A program made the position numbers and the translations under genes. Source: Octopus bimaculoides (taxonomy: Eukaryota). Taken from it: a stretch of DNA of 64,000 nt. The stretch covers positions 8,843,758 to 8,907,757 of the forward strand of contig NC_068985.1 of the NCBI RefSeq assembly GCF_001194135.2, in the 5' to 3' direction. Of this stretch, positions 27,606 to 40,110 are shown piece by piece; position 1 is the first letter of the stretch; the number at the start of each line of letters is the position of its first letter. The notes under the pieces were generated by a model. It was given only the letters and a program-made list of their open reading frames with translations, was not told the DNA's origin and did no database searches.

Positions 27606-29544
27606 GATGAACTGCAAGCTCTAACAAGAACAATGAGAGGACCGCTAAGTGGTCCGACCCTCCGATAAAAATGGCCGCCAAACAATGTTTAAAATGCAGT
27701 CCTATGTACATAATGTGTGGCAAAAAAAAATACACAAGCGCTACAATTGGAATCTATTTGACGCAAATATATTTCCTGATAATAAGAATGCTCGATAAGA
27801 AACGATTACGGAATAAATAACAATGACATCAACAACAGGTACAACAACAGCACTACAACCAACAGCTATACTTCATTGCTTTATTAAACATGATACCTTC
27901 GATTATAATCCATTATGAAGTATCGTAAGACCGAATTTGATCAACCGGTGGCTAATTTGTAAATCATCAGAATATTTTAACATAGCTCAGAGCAATTATT
28001 AATTATAATCACAATGATATGAATATATTCAAAATATAGATATAAATAAGAAAATTCTGTCTTGCAAGAAGCATGTATTATTTAGGAACATAATTTGATC
28101 AGACCGCTGCAACTAAATGTGCAGCCATTTGCAAATAAGTAGGAGAATTAGGAAACATATTGTAAATCTAACAGGCATAAATCTGAATTCATTGATTGTC
28201 TCGTTTGATCCAGAGAAGCTCCAACACACGCAGAGCTACACGTACAAGCATACATACATAAACACAAGCACACACACACATGCACTCATGCACACACACG
28301 TATGCTTACGCACAAACAGACGTGCGCACACATGCACACGCGCGCGCGCGTGCCTGAAGAGCCATATATTGCGCATGAAAGTACTACAAAATCGATATTC
28401 TCATACACTGTGAAGGTTTTCGATTTACACATTTACAATAAATCACAGCAAATCGACTCAAAAGCGTGACAGTTGTGGTGTCCTTCCCTTCTGGAATATT
28501 GAAACAACCTGGATATTGCATGCTAGAATGTAGCATTATTCATTCTCTCGAATGAATATAAACCGTTACTCGGTTTAAAACCATTGACTGTTTCTTGGAC
28601 CTTTTAGCAATTTTTAAATTTTTACACCGTTGTAAACATTGAAGACATTTCTGTCTCAGGATAAACTGTTCCCCTACCCCGCTCCCTCTAGCAGTTTTAA
28701 AGGCTTTAAAAAGAATCGTGTGTGATGCTATTACTTCCATGAATAAGCGATAAAATATTATCTACAATATAATACTCTAGTTTTATTCCCGATAATTCGA
28801 TTAGCTATTTCTGTGTCAATGCTTCTCTTTGCTCCAGTAATGGTTTCTGAAGAGACTGAGCAAACACAATTAACAAAGAATAATGCGAACAAAAAATAAC
28901 GGACAAAATGTTCGAAGGAATAACCAAAGCGAAAATATGAATATTAACATTAGAGACTCTCACTTGCATAAAAATTGACGTAAGGAGAAACTGCTACATG
29001 GTTACTCGACATGTATGAAGTGGCAGCACAGCAGATTCCCAAATCACACTCTGTCGGTCTTCTAAGAGAAGAAGTATACATTGGATTGTATAGACCTGGC
29101 TGCAATGTGACAGCCATAACAGCATTGGGTATGATCGATCATCGCCAACACATACATCTTCATTCTTTACTCTACAATCCCCAGAAAAATCAACACCACC
29201 ACTAACACCATGCCCAGGACAACTGTAGTAGTAGCAGTAACAATATTGTTAGCTGCAAAATTTCGGGCCTTGTGTCTAGAGTAGAAATGATTATACAGAT
29301 CTATTTAATCTGAACTGCTTTTTAGTGAAACTGGAACAACATGGGCTCCGTTGCGAATAACAAAATAGCAAACGAAACTTTGATTAACATTTGTAATTAG
29401 CAAATGTTTCTTAAAAGAGCAAATAATTAACACTACCATTACTACCCACCACCACCTTCATAACAGCTAGAAATAGAAGCTAAATCTCAAATTTCATCTT
29501 GCACTTTAAAAACCTTTTTAGGCAAATTTTTTGCGGCGAGAAAA

Positions 29545-29712
29545 CTAGTCTATTACATCGATCCCAGTGCTTAACTGGTACTTGTTTCATCGACCCCGAA
29601 AGGATGAATGGCAAAGTCAACCTCGGCAGAATTTGAACTTTGAACATAAGGACGGACGAAATGCCGCTAAATATTTTGACCGGCGTGCTAAGGACTCTAG
29701 TAGTTCGCTGCT
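29545..29712 (-). mobile_element. SINE family B
   Basis: Reverse complement of the family B body and head. Confidence 0.85.
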
Positions 29713-30971
29713 CTTTCTGAAACAGTAAAAATAAAGTACATTTTCTATAAGTGGATACCAGATAAAATTTATCTGGAAAAACGAAGGAAATAAGATGGTC
29801 TCAGTTTGAATGACTTTTGGTTTGTAGGTCTCATTGATTAGAGCTGATTTTCGGCTAAACAGCATCATCATCATGAACAGCAAAAACAACGCTCTCTCAT
29901 TCGCTCGCTCTCTCTCTCTCTCTCTCTCTTTCTTTCATTCTTTCTCACACGTGCGCGTGCACACACAGATACACACAGACAAATAGAAATCAAAATCGTT
30001 CATCTTGTATTTCAGCGACTGACTGAAATATCTGCAAAAAAGATCTGCTCCGTTTCACAGACCAACAAGCAACTTGAATTCCTATGTGCATTATTTCAGA
30101 GATAAATACTTTGACTTTGCATAGTTGTTTGCTCGAAAGATATTACATTCCGTCAAACAGAAGTCAAATAACCTAATTCGCTTTGCCCTTCCTTCTTATG
30201 CAAATATCATTCTATATAAATACATACGATCGTGTACATGTGAGATTCAATATTTCCTATCAGTGAAGTGGAATTGGCTGAAAGGTTATCAAAAGAATAC
30301 ACAGTTTCTTTAAATACCATATTTACTAAAAGTAGCGCTCATTGACAAATATCAATAGGCTTCGAGAAGTAAAACTAGCCAGATCTACAACAGAAAGATA
30401 TATCATGTTATTTTCTCGCTGGTGGAATAAGCTAAAACAGGGTAATTTTATTCGAAATCACTAGTCTGTAGGATGTATCTCTGATGTGTACATATAGTGC
30501 GAGCAATTCACATAAATACGAATACACACACAAACACACACGCGCGCGCGCAAATTCATGCAAGCAAACGGACGTTCGTATCCATGCACATAAACGTATG
30601 GGAGATAATAGAATCATAGACATTCTATACTTAAAATTTACTACAATCGTTTCGACTGCAATCAAAAAGAACATTATTATTGAGTAAAGAAAGCATTAAC
30701 TTACATAACAGATGTAAAATACGCCTCCTCAGATGGTCGTTTAAACACATACATCGTTAAATTCTCTCGCCATCTCATTCGGTGTGATAATGATTAGCCA
30801 AAGTGATGTGTCATTCCTAGCAGTTTATAAACACATACACATACACACGCTTATGTTTTAGCTTTCGGGCCCGGTACAGTCTCTTGATGCAGTCATCTTA
30901 GGCTGAGAGCGCAAGTGCACTTGCAAATCAATTGGGGTTCCACCTTTTCTGGCTCATACGTGGGGAAAATA

Positions 30972-31709
30972 CGAGGTCTGATCAATAAGTATCCAGACTG
31001 TTGCCATAGTAACGAAGCTAATGCACGCAAACACTGACCATTGAACTCTGCTGTGCACGCGCACTAAGTTTTAACGATCTATCTCACACCTGCCTCTGTT
31101 TACAGCAGTGCTTGGTAGGAAGGTGTGTAACGTGTTACCGTCGCACTGACCATGACAGAGAAAGTTGTCATGGCGATACCTGCTCAGAGGCTTACGCAAG
31201 GCTGCAGAAAGTGTATGGAGAGGAGTGTTTGAGCCGCACATAAGTATGAGTTATCAGAGGATGTGCAGATTAGTTACGGATCAGTTCAGTTCATTATCAC
31301 TGAAGATTTGTGTATGAGACGCGTGTCTGCCAAGTTTATTCCAAGACTGCTTTCCGCTGGCCAAGAAGTCTCTCGGGTTTCAGCTGAACAAGATTTCCTT
31401 GATTGTGTCGAGAACGATAAAAACTTTTTGAAAACCTCGCGTACGCCTCTCAGCAGGTATTACCAAGCTTTTGGAAAAATTTGATGCAGACTCTCTACTC
31501 AACTTTCTCTCTCATGGTCCATACGATGATCACACGCTACACACCTTCCTTCCAAGCATTGCTGTAAACAGCGGAAGTTAGCAAGAATATTAAAACTTAG
31601 TGCTCATGCACAGGAGAGTTCAAGGTCAATGTGTGCCAAGCGGCTTCACTCTGCGTACTTTATCTTCGTTACTATGACAACAGTTCGGATACTTATTAAT
31701 CAGACCACG
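30972..31709 (+). mobile_element. Non-autonomous mariner derivative made of two inverted left ends
   Basis: TA|CGAGGTCTGATCAATAAGTATCC at 30970 and its inverse ...GGATACTTATTAATCAGACCACG ending 31709. Transposase fragments MTEKV..DTCSEAYARLQKVYGEECLSRT and ISYGSVQFIITEDLCMRRVSAKFIPRLL (mariner HTH and WVPR-like linker). Confidence 0.88.
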
Positions 31710-31793
31710 GGACAGATAGTGTATGTTGTTGGTAACGAACCAGTTTTTTTTTTTTTTTTTCGTTTGTTTCTCTTCCTCCTATGTTTCTTGCAG

Positions 31794-31853
31794 TTATTGT
31801 GTTCGCTCTTTACTTCATCGGCCAGAAGTGACACCCAGCAAATTCGATATTTT
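31794..31853 (+). CDS. Candidate 60-nt internal exon of an unidentified host gene
   Basis: Long polypyrimidine tract ending TTCTTGCAG acceptor and GTGAGT donor at 31854. Two open frames (LLCSLFTSSARSDTQQIRYF or YCVRSLLHRPEVTPSKFDI). No recognised homology. Confidence 0.3.
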
Positions 31854-32124
31854 GTGAGTTCTACAATTGAGTCTATGGCATTTTGCATTGTTTTAGAATC
31901 TGCCTGAGCTGATCAGTATAGTTTCTCTCGATAGTCCTGTAGTAAACATACTATTTACAGCTTGGAACAAAAAAATACTGTCTTCAAATGTCGGGCGAAG
32001 GGAATGAGTTGCACTGCACACAGACGTACACACACATACACACACATATTCTTTTATTTGTTTCAGTAATCTGACTGCAGCCATGCTGGAACACCACCTT
32101 GACCTTTGACTGAACACTATTCAA

Positions 32125-32290
32125 TTTTTTTTCTCCGTGTTTTTCTCCTTGTCTCCGTATTCTTTCTGTTGAAGAGCGTCGCTCGAAACGTCAAAGACTT
32201 TCCGTATTCCCGAGCGTCATACTAATACATCCTTTTGTTATTTACACCACCTGTCCTCGTCTGTTGTTGTTTTTTCGTACACTCTCCTAT
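32125..32290 (+). mobile_element. Short PLE-pLTR-like element with degenerate hammerhead motif
   Basis: TCTTT-CTGTTGAAGAG-cgtcg-CTCGAAAC-GTC-AAAGA at 32161-32197; abuts a (TA)n tract. Confidence 0.55.
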
Positions 32291-32763
32291 ATATATATAT
32301 ATNNNNNNNNNNNNNNNNNNNNNNNNNNNNNNNNNNNNNNNNNNNNNNNNNNNNNNNNNNNNNNNNNNNNNNNNNNNNNNNNNNNNNNNNNNNNNNNNNN
32401 NNNNNNNNNNNNNNNNNNNNNNNNNNNNNNNNNNNNNNNNNNNNNNNNNNNNNNNNNNNNNNNNNNNNNNNNNNNNNNNNNNNNNNNNNNNNNNNNNNNN
32501 NNNNNNNNNNNNNNNNNNNNNNNNNNNNNNNNNNNNNNNNNNNNNNNNNNNNNNNNNNNNNNNNNNNNNNNNNNNNNNNNNNNNNNNNNNNNNNNNNNNN
32601 NNNNNNNNNNNNNNNNNNNNNNNNNNNNNNNNNNNNNNNNNNNNNNNNNNNNNNNNNNNNNNNNNNNNNNNNNNNNNNNNNNNNNNNNNNNNNNNNNNNN
32701 NNNNNNNNNNNNNNNNNNNNNNNNNNNNNNNNNNNNNNNNNNNNNNNNNNATATATATATATA

Positions 32764-33634
32764 TAAAACGTTGGTCGTTTCGTTTTCCTGGAGGCCTTCT
32801 GACAAATTCTTGCTCATTAGAAAGCAAACGACCTACGTTACACGACGAAAACAGTGAAGACTGGGAGGGTAAGAATCTGGTGCTTTGGGAATAGATAAAA
32901 AGTGATGCTTCAAGAAAGTTGGTTAAAATATATAGTAACTTGAATAGTGCCAGATGCATTCAATTGCTGATGGACAATTAGGTCCCAGATTTGGATGAAG
33001 GTGAGATGTTTCAGCATGACGGAGCTCCATACCACAGATCGCTTGTAACACAACATTGTCTGCCTGATGATCGCGTTACCATATTGAAACATTGGCCAGC
33101 TCAGAGCGCTGCCTTAAATATCATCGAGCAAATGTTGACAGAACTAAAGAGAAGAGTTCGTCAGAAGAATCCACACAATCTTGAAGAGTTGTGGGAGCTC
33201 AGTGACAGAGAATGGCATCTCATACCTGAGAAGATAGTGAAGGATTTGTACGCATTACTTTCCAGGTGTATTGAAGCAACTGTTAAAGCTAAGGGAAGCC
33301 ACACGAAATTTTTACAATGTACAGTGATTTCTTGAAATGGCCATTATGTAATAAATTTTCATTATAGACATTTTTCTGTTTTAAAACTGTATCTTGGTTG
33401 GTTTATGGGAGAGGCCGAAAACTTCTGCACGGCCATTTTTGGTGGTTGTCTCGCATTTTGCCCTCTCAATCAGAACCCCTACTGCAAAATATAAAGATTA
33501 GGTATGGAAATAACTCCCACAGGGCCAATATTTCATTTATAAAAAAAACGCAATGCGAAACATCCACTTATAAGTTGGCAATTAGTAGAAATTCGCAGTA
33601 TTTTAAACTGGCCGAAGACATTTGCATGGTACTG
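32764..33634 (+). mobile_element. Tc1-family transposon, 3' half with IR/DR-type right end
   Basis: GKNLVLWE*IKSD...NLNSARCIQLL...EMFQHDGAPYH...HWPAQSAALNIIEQMLTELK (FQ-D-AP-H and WP-QSPDLN-IE of DD34E). Terminal ...TTTGCATGGTACTG|TA at 33634-33636. Confidence 0.88.
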
Positions 33635-33651
33635 TACTCTAGCTCCATTGG

Positions 33652-33705
33652 TAGACGGAAACTGAAAGAAGCCCGTCGTATATGTACGTGTGTGTGCGTG
33701 TGTCT

Positions 33706-33762
<57 letters not shown>

Positions 33763-33930
33763 TGTCTTTGAATCTCTGTCTCCGTGCTCAGCTCGAGAAC
33801 CGGTGTTAGTGTTTCTATGCCCCTCCCGCTAACTTAACGATTCGGCAAAAGAGACCAATTGAAACAGCACCACGTTTTAAATACTGGGGGTTGATTTGTT
33901 TGGCTAAAATTTTTCAAAACGATGTCCCGA
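33652..33930 (+). mobile_element. SINE family A, 5'-truncated and diverged
   Basis: ggtagacggaaactgaaagaagcccgtcg, (TG)n tract, taacttaacgattcggcaaaagagacc. Confidence 0.75.
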
Positions 33931-34338
33931 GTTTCTGACTCTGTCGTATTCCATTGAGCATCATTCTCCAGTAACCAGGATATACCTAGATAAAATCCCT
34001 GCTTTGTAGCGGCGGCACAACTTGGGCATTGTTTCTTCATTCTTTCTTTGCTACCAACTCTATCTTACTCTGTGTCCTAAAGTTTTCGAATAACCTTTCA
34101 TCTTTAGGTGTACAAATCTTGAGAATTTCCCTCCCCTTCTACAATCATTAGTCATAAATTCAACTTTAACATCAACGGCAACAACGGAAATTTTTACTCC
34201 TGTCGTTCGACCAGCTACAAATGGAGACAGATTAGCAGAAACCAATATACACAGTTTAAAATACCGGGTGCACGCGTACTCACACGCGCACACATACACA
34301 TGCATTTGCATGTATATACATACACACACACACGTATG

Positions 34339-34380
<42 letters not shown>

Positions 34381-35037
34381 AAGTTTTAAAATATATTTTG
34401 GTTATGCAACCCGTTGTTTTGGGTACCTTATTCTAAAGAGTAACCGTTGATTATCTATTACCCTTTTTTCTCGTGCACATTTGTGAATGAAGATGGATTT
34501 TGTGTCCTTTCTCCCACCTCAAAATTTTATGTTTCATTTTAGCAGATGACTATTCTATTACAGAGTTTTTACCAACTACCGCGGGCGTTTTTCAAACTGG
34601 ATAACCAAATACCATGTGGTATTAATACTTAATTGATGTACTTGTAAGAAATGTCTTTCTTATAAATTCACAGGAATGATCGATCACTGGATTTTTAAAT
34701 ATTTGTATAGTTTGTAAAGAAACTTAATGTTTTCGTATGTGTAGCCCTGCCGCCTAAAGCCCATTAATTATCTTCCCTCGATATAGTACTGAACCAATTA
34801 ATTATGCTCTAATTCAAATGACACTGGTGTTAACATCCTGTTTATCCATTCATAATCGATAACTTATTATAACAGTGAATTATATGCATCTATATCTACT
34901 GTAACCTCCAGAAAAGCAAGCAGCCTTGTGTTTACTTTGCAAACTGATATTTTTACTGATATTTTTTCTTTTCTTCTCATTTGATCAGAAAAATTAATTT
35001 CAATAACGAATATCTTCAAATATTGCCTTGCATATAT

Positions 35038-35240
35038 CGGTTTCAAATTTTGGCACTAGGCCAGCAATTTCGGGGGAGTGGGTAAGTCGATTACATCCAC
35101 CCTGATGTTCAAATAGTGTTTACTTTATCGACTGCAAAAAACATGAAAGCAAAGTCGACCTCAGCGGAATTTGAACTCAGAACGGACGAAGTACCAAGCA
35201 TTTTGATCCAGCATGCTAACCATTCCGCCAGCTCGCCGCC
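35038..35240 (-). mobile_element. SINE family B
   Basis: Ends with ccgccagctcgccgcc, the reverse complement of the head. Confidence 0.88.
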
Positions 35241-35859
35241 GAAGTACTTTGTAAACATTAGTACTCAGTATTTAACTTATTAAAATGCTTAGAATACTAT
35301 TTCAGGCTTATATTTTTATCAAGTACTATTAGTTAATCTTTTACCATCTTTGGAACACAGTTTTCTGTTAGTGATTCTGAAACTTGTATTCAACAACGAT
35401 TCTTTCTGTTTTATTTCCTTCTGTCACATTATCGAATTTTCCTTTGATAAGTCTCAAGATAGTCGGTAAAATTTGATTGTGGCGCCAATCAAATCATTTG
35501 CTTAAGTGCTCCATGACAGTTTGTCAATATATGAACCGGAATATAACACTTGCATCTGCAAATGCAAACACTCTCTTCTACTGGAATAGTTCCATATTTC
35601 CCGTGCACTGATGTAGATGTAATTTCATTGAGAAACAAAATTTGTCTTTGCAGACCCAGTCGGATTCGGTGATTGCCTTAACCTGCATAACCGACATGAT
35701 GATATCATCGGAAAACGAAATCTTCGTAACACACATGTAACACTTGCATGAGACTATTTCGTTTCAGTTGCTCCATTAGTATTTTTAGCAATAGTCTGAC
35801 GATTATCTCAAATTTGTTTCCTAAAATAAGAAACGACATGTTAGTTTCAGACTGCTAAC

Positions 35860-36034
35860 GTCGCTGTGTAGTTAAGAAGCTTATTTTCTAATCATGTGGT
35901 CTTGGGATCAATCCTGCGGTAAGACGGCTTGAACAATAGTCTTCTGCTATTGCTGTGAACCGACCAAAGCCTTATGAATGGATTTGGTAAACGAAACTGA
36001 AGAAACTCGCCGTGTGCGTATGTGTATATATGTA

Positions 36035-36089
<55 letters not shown>

Positions 36090-36181
36090 NNNNNNNNNNN
36101 NNNNNNNNNNNNNNNNNNNNNNNNNNNNNNNNNNNNNNNNNNNNNNNNNNNNNNNNNNNNNNNNNNNNNNNNNNNNNNNNN

Positions 36182-36233
<52 letters not shown>

Positions 36234-36568
36234 GGGTAGATATACAGATAGATAGATACATACATACATACATACATACATACATACATACATACGTACA
36301 TACACATATGCATACATACATGCACAGACAGACAGACTGCAGACAGACAGATAAATAGATAGAAAATGTGTGTGTGCCTTTGTGTCTGTGTGTGTTCACC
36401 CACCATCGCTTGACAACCGATGTTGGTGTACTAATATCCCCGTAACTTAGCAGTTCGGCAAAAGGAGCCGATAGAATAAGTACTAGGTTTACAAAGAATA
36501 AGTTCTGGGGGTGCTTTGTTTGACTAAAGGCGGTGCTCCAGCATGGCCTCAGTCAAACGACTGAAATA
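35860..36568 (+). mobile_element. SINE family A with greatly expanded internal microsatellite and gap
   Basis: Head and body 35860-36015, then (TA)n/gap/(GA)n/(CATA)n, then tail 36375-36568. Confidence 0.85.
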
Positions 36569-36797
36569 GTCTCCGTTTCCATAGTCATTTTGTTTCTTCT
36601 TACCGGAATAATGATCATATGTCGTTCACAAATATTGCCTTTTCCACATTCCTGTGTATTTTTCTCAATAAGATATCTGAATATATAATAAACCATCAAT
36701 GGAATAGATATGCTGAAGTGGTCGTAGTAGCTCGTAATATCGATCGCATTCCAATACTGACTGAGCACCTACGATATATCAATATTATGACATTACT

Positions 36798-37015
36798 CCT
36801 GGTGGTGAGTTGGCAGAAGTGTTAGCATACCGGTCGAAATGCTTAGCGATAGTTTGTCCGTTTTTACGTTCTTATTTCAAATTCTGCCGAAGTCAACTTT
36901 GCCTTTCATCCTCTCGGGTCTATAAACTCTAAGTTCCAGCTAAACAATGGAGTTGATATAATCGACTTACTAACTTCCCTGAAATTGCTGGCCTTGTGCT
37001 AAAATTTGAAACCAT
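36798..37015 (+). mobile_element. SINE family B
   Basis: Head, body and tail match. Confidence 0.85.
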
Positions 37016-37034
37016 TATTATCAGATTACTTTAG

Positions 37035-37890
37035 CCAGAAACCAAGTTGGGAGAGCTGAGCGGATGGGCTTCATCATAGGCATGATCAATGATGTGTAGT
37101 GACCCCCTGTAGTGACCCCCTTCGTCATTCCAGCTGAGGAAAAATTTTATGATGAGGAATTCGTTATGGACTCCATTATACAGCGTCAAATGGGAACAAG
37201 TAAAACTCACACACCTTGACTCCACCAATAATTTAGTACTGCTTAGTACCACAACTACCGTAATGCAAGACATGGCCTTCAATCTTGACAATGGTCCAGA
37301 AGCAATTTATTCGTCTCATGTAGGGCAAATTCTGGAGATCGTTGATGTGACTGATTTGTTCACATTCTTCGGTGATTGAAAATGATGAAACGTGCCTTGG
37401 AAAAGAGCAACGACGATGATGCGGTTTGTCCTCCAGTGTGTGACGCCTATATGGACAAACCCCTTCAAATAGCAAGGCGCCAAACTCCACCTGTAAACAA
37501 CTGTCCTCGTTCCAGCAATGAGTTATTCCTGTGAGACAAGGAAAAAGACATCCGAATCTAAAAATGTTTAGATGCCTTGCAAAGAGGTTAGCATGCTAAA
37601 AATCTTTGCATGGGGCAGCATAACGAATAAATAAGCTGTGGTAAAGGACGATCTGAGAAGCCTATGGGATACCATCACTGTGATTTGCAGAATATGCTGG
37701 GCTACGTAATACGCATGCTCAAAAAACAAGCCAAGATGAGCCTCTCCAGAATGTAAGCCAGAGGTTGCATAGAAGGTTGCATACATATAAGGATCTGATT
37801 GAAAACTGTGGCGTGATAGATATGATCCTGGTTTGGTAGCAGGCTCATGACAGGTCATACGATAGTACTGCATGGAGAACTCACTTCACT
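37035..37890 (+). mobile_element. RTE-like LINE reverse-transcriptase fragment, heavily decayed
   Basis: MMRNSL...VKWEQVKLTHLDSTNNLVLLSTTTTVMQDM (decayed LD[F/Y]ADD..LLS...MQ motif), then GQILEIVD..FTFFG, LDALQ...ITNK, GYVIRM and TYKDLIE, in RTE order across frameshifts. Confidence 0.7.
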
Positions 37891-38974
37891 CAATGTTCAG
37901 AAGTAGGAGCAGCTAAGATCTATAGAAACATTTCCTTTTATTTTCATTCGCTCATATTTTCCTTAATACAGTTCATAATTATCCCAATTCTGTAGCAAAA
38001 GGAATAATAATGATGCGTTTCTTGAATGCAATTTCATTATTTAAATGAGTTTACAGGGGCCCGCTGTTGCTACTTCACTACAATATTAGAATAAAGACAG
38101 ATAGGTATCTTTTCTTCAGTACGACGCTGTATTTTGGTGGATAAAATCCTGCTAAGAAGCTATTCTCTAGAGATGTGTGAGCTGAGATTAAGTGCATATG
38201 TCCTGACAAGAGAAGAACTTACAACAGAGTTGCTCCAGTTCGCAACCCAAGAGCTGTTAGTTTAATACTTTGGTTCACTCTACCACATTACTGCCACACC
38301 ATCTCATTTAATTATATTTTTCAACACAAGCATTATTGTTCATCGTATAAACAATTTACACAAGCGAATCTATGTGTATATTTCTATATGCTGATGTAAA
38401 TAATAATTACATAGATTATTAAAATATAGCATACTGACATTTCCAATCTCAAATCTTTACCAGCTTAAGCAATTTAGAAATAAAGATGCCTTTAATTCGA
38501 ATTGCTCATATCTACACTATTGTTACCTAGTTGCCGCATTTGTCTTGCATTCAGGTATACACTGCTTGAAGTATCAATGGAAAACGAATGTCTTTCTCAG
38601 ACAGGAATTACTTGTATTCATTCTTTAAGCATAAACTTGGTAAAAGGCCAATTTTGGCAGGGACAGCATACAGACGATCGATCGATTTCATTTCAGCCGG
38701 ATTTAAACTGCAAACCTGAAGAGAAGTATCTAAAGTTGCAAGGCGGGTGGAATGTTGTCTAATTTACCTGGGAAATATGCAGAAAATAATTTAAGCTTTA
38801 ACTGAGTCCGTACGTGTTTTTATCTAATATTGCATGCACGCATGTATGTATTTATGTATGCATGTATGTATGTATGTATGTATGTTTGTATGTATGTATG
38901 TACGTATGTATGTATTGTATGTATGTATGTATGTATGTATATGCGTATATATTCCTATATTCTTTTATACTTGT

Positions 38975-39881
38975 AGTTGTTTCAGTCATTAAGTTGGGGC
39001 ACCGCCTTAGCTGAACGAATAGCCCCCCCCCCCCACTCGCCCCTAGTACATTTTTTTTTAAATCTGGTATTTATTTAACTGATTTCATTTGCCGAAACCA
39101 TTAAGATGTAGGGACGTAAACACACCAACACTAGCTGTCAATCGGTGGTGTGAAACAAGCACATACAGACACATGCACTCATATATGTATATATATATAT
39201 ATATATATNNNNNNNNNNNNNNNNNNNNNNNNNNNNNNNNNNNNNNNNNNNNNNNNNNNNNNNNNNNNNNNNNNNNNNNNNNNNNNNNNNNNNNNNNNNN
39301 NNNNNNNNNNNNNNNNNNNNNNNNNNNNNNNNNNNNNNNNNNNNNNNNNNNNNNNNNNNNNNNNNNNNNNNNNNNNNNNNNNNNNNNNNNNNNNNNNNNN
39401 NNNNNNNNNNNNNNNNNNNNNNNNNNNNNNNNNNNNNNNNNNNNNNNNNNNNNNNNNNNNNNNNNNNNNNNNNNNNNNNNNNNNNNNNNNNNNNNNNNNN
39501 NNNNNNNNNNNNNNNNNNNNNNNNNNNNNNNNNNNNNNNNNNNNNNNNNNNNNNNNNNNNNNNNNNNNNNNNNNNNNNNNNNNNNNNNNNNNNNNNNNNN
39601 NNNNNNNNNNNNNNNNNNNNNNNNNNNNNNNNNNNNNNNNNNNNNNNNNNNNNNNNNNNNNNNNNNNNNNNNNNNNNNNNNNNNNNNNNNNNNNNNNNNN
39701 NNNNNNNNNNNNNNNNNNNNNNNNNNNNNNNNNNNNNNNNNNNNNNNNNNNNNNNNNNNNNNNNNNNNNNNNNNNNNNNNNNNNNNNNNNNNNNNNNNNN
39801 NNNNNNNNNNNNNNNNNNNNNNNNNNNNNNNNNNNNNNNNNNNNNNNNNNNNNNNNNNNNNNNNNNNNNNNNNNNNNNNNN

Positions 39882-39939
<58 letters not shown>

Positions 39940-40110
39940 GAGGGTTTTCTTTCAATTTCCGTCTACCAAATCCACTTACAAGGGTTTAGTTGGCCCGAGT
40001 CTATATTAGAAGACACTTGCCCAGCCCAAGATGACATGCAGTGGGACTGAACCCAGACAATATGTGGTTGGGAAGCAAGCTTCTTATCACACAGCCACGC
40101 CTGCACCTAG
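38975..40110 (-). mobile_element. SINE family A spanning a large (TA)n tract and gap
   Basis: Tail 38975-39170, (TA)n and N gap, body and head 39935-40110. Confidence 0.85.

Noticed and set aside
28350-28390. CTGAAGAG...GAAAGTACTA hammerhead-like match
   Set aside because: No stem I pairing is possible, so it is probably chance.
33064-33095. CTGATGA...GAAAC inside the Tc1 transposase
   Set aside because: No GUH triplet or stems; it lies within coding sequence.
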